Of a stretch of 64,000 bases of DNA, positions 1 through 7,647 are shown piece by piece (position 1 is the stretch's first letter; each line of letters starts with the position of its first letter). Under the pieces are notes generated by a model. It ran no database searches. It worked only from the letters and a program-made list of their open reading frames with translations, and had not been told where the DNA came from. The translations under genes were made by a program, and so were the position numbers. Source of the stretch: Candidatus Woesearchaeota archaeon (GTDB lineage Archaea; Nanobdellota; Nanobdellia; Pacearchaeales; GW2011-AR1); assembly GCA_964419275.1 (NCBI GenBank), contig CAYQOY010000002.1, positions 6,568 to 70,567 on the forward strand, written 5' to 3'.

Positions 1-70
1 TCTTTCAATGATTTAAACATATTTTTGCTAGGCTTGGATAATTTATAAATATCATCCTATTGAAAAAATC

Positions 71-78
71 TTTATAAA
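71..78 (+). promoter_or_regulatory. TATA-box-like element upstream of apgM
   Basis: TTTATAAA is centred about 25 nt upstream of the ATG at 100. This spacing fits an archaeal promoter giving a leaderless mRNA. Confidence 0.45.
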
Positions 79-99
79 GTTAAACTAGTAGCTTTTAAT

Positions 100-1404
100 A
101 TGAAAGGAATATTGGTGATAATGGATGGGCTTGGCGATTTGCCCTGTGATGTTCTAAAAGGAAAAACCCCTTTAGAGGCAGCTAAAACACCTAATATGGA
201 TTTTTTTGCAACTCGCGGAGAATTAGGCTATCTTTATCCTGTCAAACCGGGATTTGCGCCTGCTTCAGATGAAGCTGTTCTTTCTATTTTTGATAATGAT
301 ATCTCTTTAAGCTCTAGAGGGCAACTTGAAGCTCGAGGTGCGGATATTGAACTCTCAAAAGGAGATTTAGCTTTAAGAGTTAATTTTGCAACAATTGATA
401 ATTTAGAAAAAGGAAATATAATTGACAGAAGAGCAGGAAGAATGCTTTTTGACAAAGAAGCAAAAGCATTTGAAAAAACAATTAACTCAATTAATTTTCC
501 AATTAAGTTTGAATTCAAACACACTGTTGGTTACAGAGGAGTTTTAGTTTTTAGAGGAACTTTTTCTTCTTCAATTTCAGGAAATGATATGACTTATGTT
601 GATGGAAAAGCTACAGAAGTAATGAAAATACAAAGATCAAAACCTTTAAACACAAAAGATGAAGTTAGTCCTTACACTTGCAATGTTGTAAATGAATTCT
701 TTGATTTGGTTTATGAAGCTTTGAAGGATCACCCTGTAAATCTTGAAAGAAAAAGAAGGGGATTAATGCCTGCCAATTACCTGTTGTTTAGAGGAGCAGG
801 TGTCGAAAAGCCTAAGTTAAAACTTTATAGAAATTGGATGGCTTTAGGATACATGCCTCTTGAAAAAGGAATTGCTAAAGTTTCCGGAATGGGTGTTTAC
901 GGATTTAATTATCCTGGAATAAAAGATATTGATGTTTACAAAAACCTTTATGATGGATTGAGACTTGCTTGCAAGCATGCAATTAAATACATAAAAAAAT
1001 ATCACAAAAAATATGACTACTTTTACATTCATTTAAAAGAAACAGATTTGCCAGGACATGACAATAAGCCTTTTGAAAAAAGAGATATGATTGAGTATAT
1101 TGATGCAAATTTGTTTAAGTTTTTGAAAAGATTCTTGCCTCCAAACAATATCAATTTAGTTGTATCTGCAGATCATTCCACTGTTTCAAAGATTAAAGCC
1201 CATTCTGCTGAGCCTGTACCTGTGCTTTTTTATGATAGTAATCGTTCAATTCCTCAGGTAAAAAAGAAACCTGTTTTAAAAGAAGGAGAAATTGAAGGCC
1301 CAAGAATCATTGGAAGAAAATTCTGTGAAAGAGAAGCAAGAACCGGAAATCTTGGCAGGATGATTGCAGGCGAAATGTTGAAAAAAGCTAAGTTTATCAG
1401 ATAG
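100..1404 (+). CDS. apgM: 2,3-bisphosphoglycerate-independent phosphoglycerate mutase, archaeal ApgM type
   Basis: 434-aa ORF with N-terminal VIMDGLGD metal-binding motif, GYRGVLV and VSADHS motifs. The layout is typical of the archaeal ApgM family. Confidence 0.85.
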   Translation: MKGILVIMDGLGDLPCDVLKGKTPLEAAKTPNMDFFATRGELGYLYPVKPGFAPASDEAVLSIFDNDISLSSRGQLEARGADIELSKGDLALRVNFATIDNLEKGNIIDRRAGRMLFDKEAKAFEKTINSINFPIKFEFKHTVGYRGVLVFRGTFSSSISGNDMTYVDGKATEVMKIQRSKPLNTKDEVSPYTCNVVNEFFDLVYEALKDHPVNLERKRRGLMPANYLLFRGAGVEKPKLKLYRNWMALGYMPLEKGIAKVSGMGVYGFNYPGIKDIDVYKNLYDGLRLACKHAIKYIKKYHKKYDYFYIHLKETDLPGHDNKPFEKRDMIEYIDANLFKFLKRFLPPNNINLVVSADHSTVSKIKAHSAEPVPVLFYDSNRSIPQVKKKPVLKEGEIEGPRIIGRKFCEREARTGNLGRMIAGEMLKKAKFIR

Positions 1405-1471
1405 GATTCATCTAGACTTTTTGATTTTTTAGAATAACAATTATTAAAAACGCCTATACTCTGTTGGAAAT

Positions 1472-2023
1472 ATGATAGCTTATAGTGATATTTACGATGC
1501 AACTAGAAAAGAAAAATATTCTGAACAACTGCAAGAATTGCCTAAAAACTTTATTTATGACTTTTCAGAATACATGAAGGAAAAAAAAGAGATGTTTTCA
1601 AAAGAGGAAGACTCTTTTTCAGATTCTAATATAAAAACAAAAAAGCAACTAGAAAACGCTCTTACTTTGTTTAAGGAATTAATGCTTAGAAGAAGAAAGA
1701 AAATTTTGAATTTAATCTTAGTTGCTTCTGAAATTGGAATTTCTAAAAGAGATTTTGATAACATGCTTGATTTTGAAAAAGAGCTTTTTGAGGATTTAAT
1801 GAAATGTTTAGAAAAATCAGATAGAAATTTTGTTGAATTGCTTAATGGAAAAGCAGAGACTTTCAAAAATGAGCTGGTTTCATTTAAAACAGATGTTGAA
1901 GAATTTCTTGGGCCAGATGGAGAAAAATTAGGGGGATTCAAAAAAGGGCAGATTGCAAATCTTCCAAGCCAAATCGTTGAAATACTAGTGGAAGATGGAA
2001 AAGCAGAAAGAATAGAACAATAA
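1472..2023 (+). CDS. GINS complex subunit (Gins51-like)
   Basis: N-terminus has LQELPKNF and a helical region. C-terminus has FLGPDGEKLGGFKKGQIANLPSQIVEILVEDGKAERIE. This matches the archaeal GINS pattern (fvG.DG..Y.....D...LP...A..L...G.A..I). Confidence 0.65.
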   Translation: MIAYSDIYDATRKEKYSEQLQELPKNFIYDFSEYMKEKKEMFSKEEDSFSDSNIKTKKQLENALTLFKELMLRRRKKILNLILVASEIGISKRDFDNMLDFEKELFEDLMKCLEKSDRNFVELLNGKAETFKNELVSFKTDVEEFLGPDGEKLGGFKKGQIANLPSQIVEILVEDGKAERIEQ

Positions 2024-2053
2024 ATTTATTAATAGATTTCTTTTATTCTCTTT

Positions 2054-2260
2054 ATGCATATAAGAACAATTATTGGAATTGCAGTTAGTCTTGTCGGACT
2101 GGGAATGTTCTTTTATTTATCTAAAATTTTGGGTGGCGCACTTTTTATTTTCGGAATTATAATTTTCTTTAATAGAGAAGAAGATGAAATTGAGCAAATT
2201 GAGAAAAAAAGAAAATCAAAATCTATTAAGTCAATTAAATCTAATAAAAAGAGAAGATGA
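2054..2260 (+). CDS. small two-TM membrane protein with basic tail
   Basis: 68 aa with two hydrophobic segments followed by a KSIKSIKSNKKRR tail. Its stop overlaps the next start (ATGA at 2257). Confidence 0.45.
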   Translation: MHIRTIIGIAVSLVGLGMFFYLSKILGGALFIFGIIIFFNREEDEIEQIEKKRKSKSIKSIKSNKKRR

Positions 2261-2580
2261 AACAAATAATTGTTACAACCGGTTCAGAAATTCCTGGGAA
2301 GAAAGTGGTGAAAATACAAGGTATTGTTATGGGCAGCACAGTAAGAGCAAAGAATTTTGTTAGAGATATTGCTGCATTGTTGAAACATCTGCTTGGCGGA
2401 GAAGTTAAAACTTACACCGAGATGGTTAACCAAGCAAGAGACGAATCTTATAATAGAATGGTTAACCAAGCAATAGAAATGGGTGCCGATGCAATCATAG
2501 ATGTAGACTTCAACACAGCAGTGCTTTTATCTGGGACAGTGGAAACACTTGCTTACGGGACAGCTGTTAAGTTAAGATAA
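2257..2580 (+). CDS. YbjQ/UPF0145 family protein
   Basis: 107 aa. It has GSTVRAKNFVRDI, GGEV..Y and ARDE...RM...A.EMGADAII motifs characteristic of the YbjQ family. Confidence 0.8.
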   Translation: MKQIIVTTGSEIPGKKVVKIQGIVMGSTVRAKNFVRDIAALLKHLLGGEVKTYTEMVNQARDESYNRMVNQAIEMGADAIIDVDFNTAVLLSGTVETLAYGTAVKLR

Positions 2581-2616
2581 CTCTTGGAGAGATTAATCTA
2601 GCAAGAATTAATTTCT

Positions 2617-2868
2617 TTATTTTTTATAAATCAGGGTTTGAATAAACAAGATTAACCAAAGTGTTCCGCTAACAAAAACCGTGACTGCGGAGAAAGTTAG
2701 CCCTAATGAAAAAAACGCAATAGCTGTAGCGTATAAACCCAGGAATGTAATTAATCCTGTTTGAAAATTGATATGTCTTCTTTTATCCTTGAAACCCTTT
2801 ATGACTTGCATAATTACTGCATAAATCATGGTTAAATTAACAATACTGATTAGATTATCTTGCCACAT
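2617..2868 (-). CDS. 3-TM membrane protein, possibly PQ-loop/SemiSWEET-like
   Basis: 83 aa with three predicted TM helices. The first helix is followed by MQVIKGFKDKRRHINF, which resembles the PQ-loop of SemiSWEETs with P replaced by M. Confidence 0.4.
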   Translation of the reverse strand: MWQDNLISIVNLTMIYAVIMQVIKGFKDKRRHINFQTGLITFLGLYATAIAFFSLGLTFSAVTVFVSGTLWLILFIQTLIYKK

Positions 2869-2953
2869 GAGCTTCTTTATCTAATTTAGTTTTTATACTT
2901 TTGTTTTGAATCTTTTTGAATAAATTTATAAAAAGAATTTTATTGAAACAATA

Positions 2954-3115
2954 ATGGCATCAACTCCACCAGGAGCACAAAAAATGAAAATTGACTATGT
3001 TGTAGACAGAAAAGTCTATGACGAGTTTGTAAAAGCATGTAGTCGAAAAGGATTTGCTCCTCAAGTTATTGTAGAAAAAATGATGGCTAAGTTTAATCAA
3101 ACTGGGCAAATTTAA
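2954..3115 (+). CDS. small protein (53 aa), ribbon-helix-helix-like
   Basis: Hand-translated: ATG 2954 to TAA 3113-3115, giving MASTPPGAQKMKIDYVVDRKVYDEFVKACSRKGFAPQVIVEKMMAKFNQTGQI. It is shorter than any ORF listed in the supplied track. Confidence 0.4.
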   Translation: MASTPPGAQKMKIDYVVDRKVYDEFVKACSRKGFAPQVIVEKMMAKFNQTGQI

Positions 3116-3239
3116 TTTACGATTAATTTTTCTCGACGATTTAAATTTAGTCTTGATTTGAATAGTTTAACTTTTTATCGTCGCTGTGTAGTCCTTTTAT
3201 AGTCGTCAAAAATGATTAAAAAGAAGTTATACGTTGATT

Positions 3240-3450
3240 TTTTACCGGTTGTCCTGGAAAGGATGTGACCATAAAAGCCTCTGCTTGGTATTCAGCTATC
3301 AATACGGAGAAGGGACTATAACTCTCCTTACGAAACCTGTACCAACTAAGCTTCTCTTATGGCGCGAAGGAGATAACCTTTAAAGCCCGTCGATAGGTTA
3401 AGATTGATTCGACAAGTGCGCTTAAGGCACTCCTTCACCGAGTCCCATTA
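3240..3450. ncRNA. candidate structured RNA, family unassigned
   Basis: An intergenic stretch clearly richer in G+C than its surroundings, as the tRNA genes are. It has several hairpins and long-range complementary segments (GGGACT 3312-3317 with AGTCCC 3441-3446; GAAGGAG 3366-3372 with CTCCTTC 3430-3436). Confidence 0.35.
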
Positions 3451-3455
3451 AGAAG

Positions 3456-3623
3456 ATGAAAAAAAGAGTTAAGAAAACAAAAAGAATTGTAAGAAAAAAA
3501 GCTAAGGCAAAGAAGAATTCTGGCAGAAAACCGAGTAAGAAAAGCAAAGCTTCCAAGGTTAAGAAACTAATCAAGCTTTTCAAAGCCGGGAAGACTAAAA
3601 AGAAAGCGAAGAAAAGAAGATAA
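3456..3623 (+). CDS. lysine-rich 55-aa micro-protein (hypothetical)
   Basis: Hand-translated: ATG 3456 to TAA 3621-3623, giving MKKRVKKTKRIVRKKAKAKKNSGRKPSKKSKASKVKKLIKLFKAGKTKKKAKKRR. It could also be a chance ORF in A-rich DNA. Confidence 0.25.
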   Translation: MKKRVKKTKRIVRKKAKAKKNSGRKPSKKSKASKVKKLIKLFKAGKTKKKAKKRR

Positions 3624-4133
3624 TCAATCTTTTTTTGGTAAGATTAGTTTTTTTAAAATTTCTTTAAAATACTCTTCTTTTAATTTTCTATACTTGCTTC
3701 TGTCCCCTCTAGATCTTTCGAAATTTTGTTTTTTTAGCCTAAGATATCTCTTAAACTCTTTGGGATTTTTATTTATAAAATCTCTAAAAATAATTTGATC
3801 TCTGGAATGGGGATTAGAGGAGAGAATTAAATGGAGACAATACTCTTGATTATTCTGAATTTTCCAGAAAAAAGATCTAAACCTTTCCTTTGTTTTTCCT
3901 TGAATGTATTTTAGATTTAGTAGCCTTTTTTTCAATTTTAATTTTTCTTTTTGATTTTTAACAAGTATCAGTATATCAATCGCACCTTTTCCAGGCATTC
4001 CCGGCATAGCAGAACTGCCAACGTGATGAACCTCTCTTGCTTCTATTTTTTGTAAAAAAGATTTTTCTTTTTTGAATAATTTCGGAAAGTCTTTGTTATA
4101 ATCTGAGAATTTTAACTCTTTTTTTAGAGTCAT
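3624..4133 (-). CDS. GrpB/UPF0157 family protein
   Basis: VHHVGSSAMPGMPGKGAIDILILV matches the GrpB motif (ieHiGST.vpGl.aKpiIDi). I prefer the ATG at 4133 (MTLKKELKFSDY), 2 nt after the upstream stop. The track ORF extends to 4163. Confidence 0.75.
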   Translation of the reverse strand: MTLKKELKFSDYNKDFPKLFKKEKSFLQKIEAREVHHVGSSAMPGMPGKGAIDILILVKNQKEKLKLKKRLLNLKYIQGKTKERFRSFFWKIQNNQEYCLHLILSSNPHSRDQIIFRDFINKNPKEFKRYLRLKKQNFERSRGDRSKYRKLKEEYFKEILKKLILPKKD

Positions 4134-4135
4134 TT

Positions 4136-4468
4136 TTAATCTTTTTTGTATTTCAAACCCCAATTTTTAGGGGAAGAAACTTTATTCTGAATTTTTTTAC
4201 ATTTGTGTTTTTCTGGAAGTCTGTGTTTTTCACAATGCCATTCATTGCAATAATCACATAAAAATCCTGTTGTTAAAGCTAATTTCTTATCACAGATTTT
4301 GCATCTGTCCATTTTCGGAGCTTTTGGTTTTTTACTTGGTGCAATAATCTCTGCTCCTTTTATTTTTCTAGATTTGTTTCTTTTGAATAAATTCAATATC
4401 TTACTGCCTAGACTACAAGAGCAACAATCACAGCAATCGCAGCAATCATCACAACAACTCTTTTTCAT
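4136..4468 (-). CDS. AN1-type zinc-finger protein with N-terminal Cys/Asp repeat
   Basis: CKICDKKLALTTGFLCDYCNEWHCEKHRLPEKHKC fits the AN1 zinc-finger Cys/His spacing. The N-terminus is MKKSCCDDCCDCCDCCSCS. Confidence 0.7.
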   Translation of the reverse strand: MKKSCCDDCCDCCDCCSCSLGSKILNLFKRNKSRKIKGAEIIAPSKKPKAPKMDRCKICDKKLALTTGFLCDYCNEWHCEKHRLPEKHKCKKIQNKVSSPKNWGLKYKKD

Positions 4469-4512
4469 AAATCTGTTAAATTATCTAAGAATTAAAAATC
4501 TTTGTAATTCAA

Positions 4513-4584
4513 AGCCTGTAGAGGGATTTGAACCCCCGACCCCCAGTTTACAAAACTGATGCTCTGCCGCTGAGCTATACAGGC
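4513..4584 (-). tRNA. tRNA-Thr (anticodon UGU)
   Basis: Hand-folded cloverleaf: acceptor GCCTGTA/TACAGGC, anticodon loop TTTGTAA, T-loop TTCAAAT. 72 nt, no encoded CCA. Confidence 0.9.
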
Positions 4585-4648
4585 GTTGCTATTCTAAAAA
4601 ACAAGTGATTTAAAAATTTTGGCTTTATGCCAGAACAGATATCTGAGC

Positions 4649-5185
4649 TTACAGTTTCTTTTCAATATCAAGAATCCTCACTTCAAATGCAGATAAAGGA
4701 TAAACCTTCTTAAGTTTAAGGCTTATTATTTTTTGAAGCTGGTTTTTGATTATTTCGTTGAAAAGTTCTTCACTTTCTTTGTCTTTAAGATACGCAATTA
4801 ACTCTTCTTTTGCTTTTTCTCTTAATGCGTTTCTGACAGAACGATGAATCTTTCTTCTAGAAACCATGAATGGTTTTATTGTTATAACTGCGTCTTTTGA
4901 TTTAGTAGAGAAGGAATCTTCAACATAGTCTGTTCCTTTTCTTACCATTCTTTTCAAAGCTGAGCGCACAATTTCAATTTTTTTTGGGACAGCTTCCATT
5001 TTGTCGTTGTTTTTTACAACTCTTAAATGCAAAAGAACATTTTTTCCCCTAAGCATTCTTGTTAAGTCATATTTGATTGAGGAACCTTCTAATTCTTCTA
5101 GTTCATAAGCTTGAAGTTGAGTTTGTTTTCCTAAAATTGGAATATCCACTTCAAAAAATCTTTTCTTTCTTTTTGCTTGTGCCAT
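4649..5185 (-). CDS. rps3ae: 30S ribosomal protein S3Ae (eS1)
   Basis: 178 aa. N-terminal KRKKRFFEVDIPILG and the overall pattern fit archaeal S3Ae. Confidence 0.85.
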   Translation of the reverse strand: MAQAKRKKRFFEVDIPILGKQTQLQAYELEELEGSSIKYDLTRMLRGKNVLLHLRVVKNNDKMEAVPKKIEIVRSALKRMVRKGTDYVEDSFSTKSKDAVITIKPFMVSRRKIHRSVRNALREKAKEELIAYLKDKESEELFNEIIKNQLQKIISLKLKKVYPLSAFEVRILDIEKKL

Positions 5186-5215
5186 TTTGTTTTATTTAAT
5201 TTACCTGTTAATTAT

Positions 5216-5527
5216 TTATTCTTGTATTTGTTTTCCCATTCTTATACCTTTTTTTTGATATTTGGATTTACTACAAACAGTGCAAGTATACATAATATTT
5301 GTTTTTTTAGTTGTTTTGGATTTTCTTTTGTTTTTTGCAATTGGAGGCTTACTTCCCCATTTTCCTTTGTTTCCAATTCCTCTGTTTAATCCTCTTTGCT
5401 TAGCTCTTTGAAGAGAACCTCTGGTAAGGGTTCCTCTTTTTGCTCCTGTGGAAACTAGCTTTATTTTTTGCTGAGTTTGCTTTTTACAGTAAGGGCAAAA
5501 TCTTTTAGTTGTTTTTGGAATTTTCAT
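5216..5527 (-). CDS. rpl44e: 50S ribosomal protein L44e (eL42)
   Basis: 103 aa. Zinc-ribbon cysteines (CPYCKK...CTVCSK) and a basic GKWGSKP region are typical of L44e. Confidence 0.85.
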   Translation of the reverse strand: MKIPKTTKRFCPYCKKQTQQKIKLVSTGAKRGTLTRGSLQRAKQRGLNRGIGNKGKWGSKPPIAKNKRKSKTTKKTNIMYTCTVCSKSKYQKKGIRMGKQIQE

Positions 5528-5607
5528 GCTTCTTTATAATAAAATGGGTTTTTAAAGCTAATTATTACAAATCAACCTTGAAAACTCATTAAAATTATGA
5601 ATTTCAA

Positions 5608-5679
5608 TGGTCCCGGCAGGAATCGGACCTGCGATCTCTTCCACGTCAAGGAAGCGTCGTACCATTAGACCACGAGACC
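5608..5679 (-). tRNA. tRNA-Val (anticodon GAC)
   Basis: Hand-folded: acceptor GGTCTCG/CGGGACC, anticodon loop TTGACGT. The T-loop reads TCCGATT, which is unusual (C at the position normally U55). Confidence 0.85.
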
Positions 5680-5794
5680 TTTAATTTCTGTTAATCAATT
5701 GAATATTTAAAGATTAAGGTTTTTCTAGAATCGAGGATATTTTTAAGAAATTCATTGTAACAATTCTCGGATTGTATGTGAAATCTCAATAAGA

Positions 5795-5802
5795 TTTATA
5801 TA
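5795..5802 (+). promoter_or_regulatory. TATA-box-like element upstream of the large surface-protein operon
   Basis: TTTATATA is centred about 25 nt upstream of the ATG at 5824. Confidence 0.4.
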
Positions 5803-5823
5803 TGATTTCTGCTTGAATTGTTT

Positions 5824-7647
5824 ATGCAAAATAAAAGAGGGCAGGTGACTATTTTTATCATTATTGCAATAGTTTTAGTTGCAGTTGTTGCAGTTTTCTT
5901 TTTACTTAAAAATGATGTTCTTAACTTTTCTAGAGTTCCAGAATCTTTGCAACCAGCATATAGATATTACCTTTCTTGTATTGAGCAAGAAGCTTTGGCA
6001 GGAATAAATACTATGAATAGTCAGGGAGGCTATTTAGAGATTCCAGAATTGGAAATGGGTTCTGCATATATGCCTTTTTCTTCTCAGCTGAATTTTTTAG
6101 GAATTAAAGTTCCTTATTGGGAATATGTCTCTGGGAACAATATTGTTCAACAGCAAATTCCCACGAAATCTTTAATGGAACAGCAACTGGGGGAATTTGT
6201 GGATTCTCAAATTTCAAGATGTGATTTTAGTGATTATCTTTCTCAAGGATTTGATATTGAGATGGGCACACCTTCAACTGAAGTGGCAATCAATTCTAAT
6301 AATGTTAAAATTAGTGTTTCTCAGGATTTAATCATTTCTAGGGGAGACGAAAAAGTACAGATTAAAAATCACCCTGTTGAAGTTGCCTCTAATTTTGGAA
6401 GACTTTATGAGTCTGCAAAGAAAGTTTATGATTATGAGCAACAAACTTTATTTTTAGAAGAATATGGGTTAGATGTTTTAAAATTATACGCGCCTGTAGA
6501 CGGAGTGGAAATTAGTTGTGGTCCAAAAGTGTGGAATTCCAATGAAATCTTTAAGACATTAGAGCAAGCAATTCAAGCTAATACTCTAGCTTTGAAAAAT
6601 GGAGCTGAAAAAGAATATTTCTCAGTGAATCTTCCCGTTAGACAAGAAGTTAATTTCATAACATCTCCTAACTGGGCAAAAAGATTTGAAGCAGAGCCAT
6701 CAGAAGAAAATTTCTTGATTGCGAAGCCTATTGGGAATCAAGAAGGTTTAGGAATCCTCGGATTTTGTTATGTACCTTATCATTTTGTTTACACTTTAAG
6801 ATATCCTGTTTTAGTTCAGATAAGAGAAGGAGATGAAATCTTTCAATTTCCAATTTTAGTGAGAATTGAAAGAAACAATCCTAGGGTGCCTTTGAAAAGT
6901 GAGGAAGTTGTTGCGCCAGGAGCAGACATCTGTCCTTACAAAAATACTCCGATGATTGTTTCAGTTTACGATTCTAATCTTAAACCCGTTGAAGCAAATA
7001 TCTCTTATGAATGCCTTGGAGAAAAATGTTCAATCGGGCAAACTTCATCTGGAGTTTTGCAAGAAAGTTTCCCTCAATGTTCTGGAGGAACACTTCTTGT
7101 CTCTGCTTCAGGATTTGCAGAATCTAGAAGCACCTTATCCACAATAAATTCTGGAAACTTTAATGTTATTCTAGACAAATCATATCCCTTAGAGATAGAC
7201 TTGAAACTAAGCGGAGTTTCATCTTCTAATCCTGCAATGATTAGCTTTATTTCAGCTTATGAAACCAAGACTTTGTTTTATCCTCAAGAAAAGACAATTG
7301 AATTACATGAAGGGGCTTATAAAATCCAAGTTCAGTCTTATGAAAATGGCTCAATTAGATTTGGAGCCTCAGCAGCGCAGAAATGCGTGGATGTTCCAGA
7401 AGGATTCAGCGGATTGCTTGGATTCACAAAAGAAAAATGCTTTGAAATAACAAGCCCTGAGCAAATTATTTCTTCAGTTTTATCGGGAGGAGGAAAAACT
7501 GAATACTATGCTTTGGAAAATAAATTGCAATCTTCAAGAATTATTGAAATAAATGCAGAGAAGCTTCCTGTTCCAACAACAATTGAACAGTTAAATAGTA
7601 ATCATGCTATTTTAGAAGAAAAAAAGCTTTCAATTAATTTCAGATGA
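5824..7647 (+). CDS. large extracellular protein with type IV pilin-like (class III) signal peptide
   Basis: The N-terminus MQNKRGQVTIFIIIAIVLVAVVAVFFLL is a short basic head, then G-Q, then a hydrophobic helix. The track ORF starts at a TTG at 5818; the first ATG is 5824. I recognise no family in the rest. Confidence 0.7.
   Translation: MQNKRGQVTIFIIIAIVLVAVVAVFFLLKNDVLNFSRVPESLQPAYRYYLSCIEQEALAGINTMNSQGGYLEIPELEMGSAYMPFSSQLNFLGIKVPYWEYVSGNNIVQQQIPTKSLMEQQLGEFVDSQISRCDFSDYLSQGFDIEMGTPSTEVAINSNNVKISVSQDLIISRGDEKVQIKNHPVEVASNFGRLYESAKKVYDYEQQTLFLEEYGLDVLKLYAPVDGVEISCGPKVWNSNEIFKTLEQAIQANTLALKNGAEKEYFSVNLPVRQEVNFITSPNWAKRFEAEPSEENFLIAKPIGNQEGLGILGFCYVPYHFVYTLRYPVLVQIREGDEIFQFPILVRIERNNPRVPLKSEEVVAPGADICPYKNTPMIVSVYDSNLKPVEANISYECLGEKCSIGQTSSGVLQESFPQCSGGTLLVSASGFAESRSTLSTINSGNFNVILDKSYPLEIDLKLSGVSSSNPAMISFISAYETKTLFYPQEKTIELHEGAYKIQVQSYENGSIRFGASAAQKCVDVPEGFSGLLGFTKEKCFEITSPEQIISSVLSGGGKTEYYALENKLQSSRIIEINAEKLPVPTTIEQLNSNHAILEEKKLSINFR

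Noticed and set aside
1555-1941. 128-aa minus-strand ORF inside the GINS gene. Similar antisense ORFs occur at 234-524, 844-1032 and 1254-1502.
   Set aside because: These are low-complexity S/F/K/L-rich translations entirely overlapped by a well-supported gene on the other strand. They are typical shadow ORFs of AT-rich coding DNA.
3245-3270. Hairpin GGT-TG-TCCT-GGAA-AGGA-TGTG-ACC, which looked like the GNAR-capped helix 8 of SRP (7S) RNA
   Set aside because: The flanking internal loop reads UG/UGUG instead of the near-universally conserved AGG/AGCA SRP54-binding loop. I could not find helix 6 or Alu-domain features or pairing of the ends, so an SRP RNA call is not supported.
3312-3446. Calling this 135-nt closed domain a 5S rRNA gene
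   Set aside because: Only the CGAAAC...ACTAAGC stretch resembles 5S. I could not construct helices II-V or a loop E, and the closing helix has only 6 bp. It is left as an unassigned ncRNA candidate pending a covariance-model search.
4299-4559. 86-aa plus-strand ORF
   Set aside because: It is antisense to the AN1 zinc-finger gene and runs into the tRNA-Thr gene. Its QQSQQSQQ repeat is just the complement of the Cys/Asp codon repeat.
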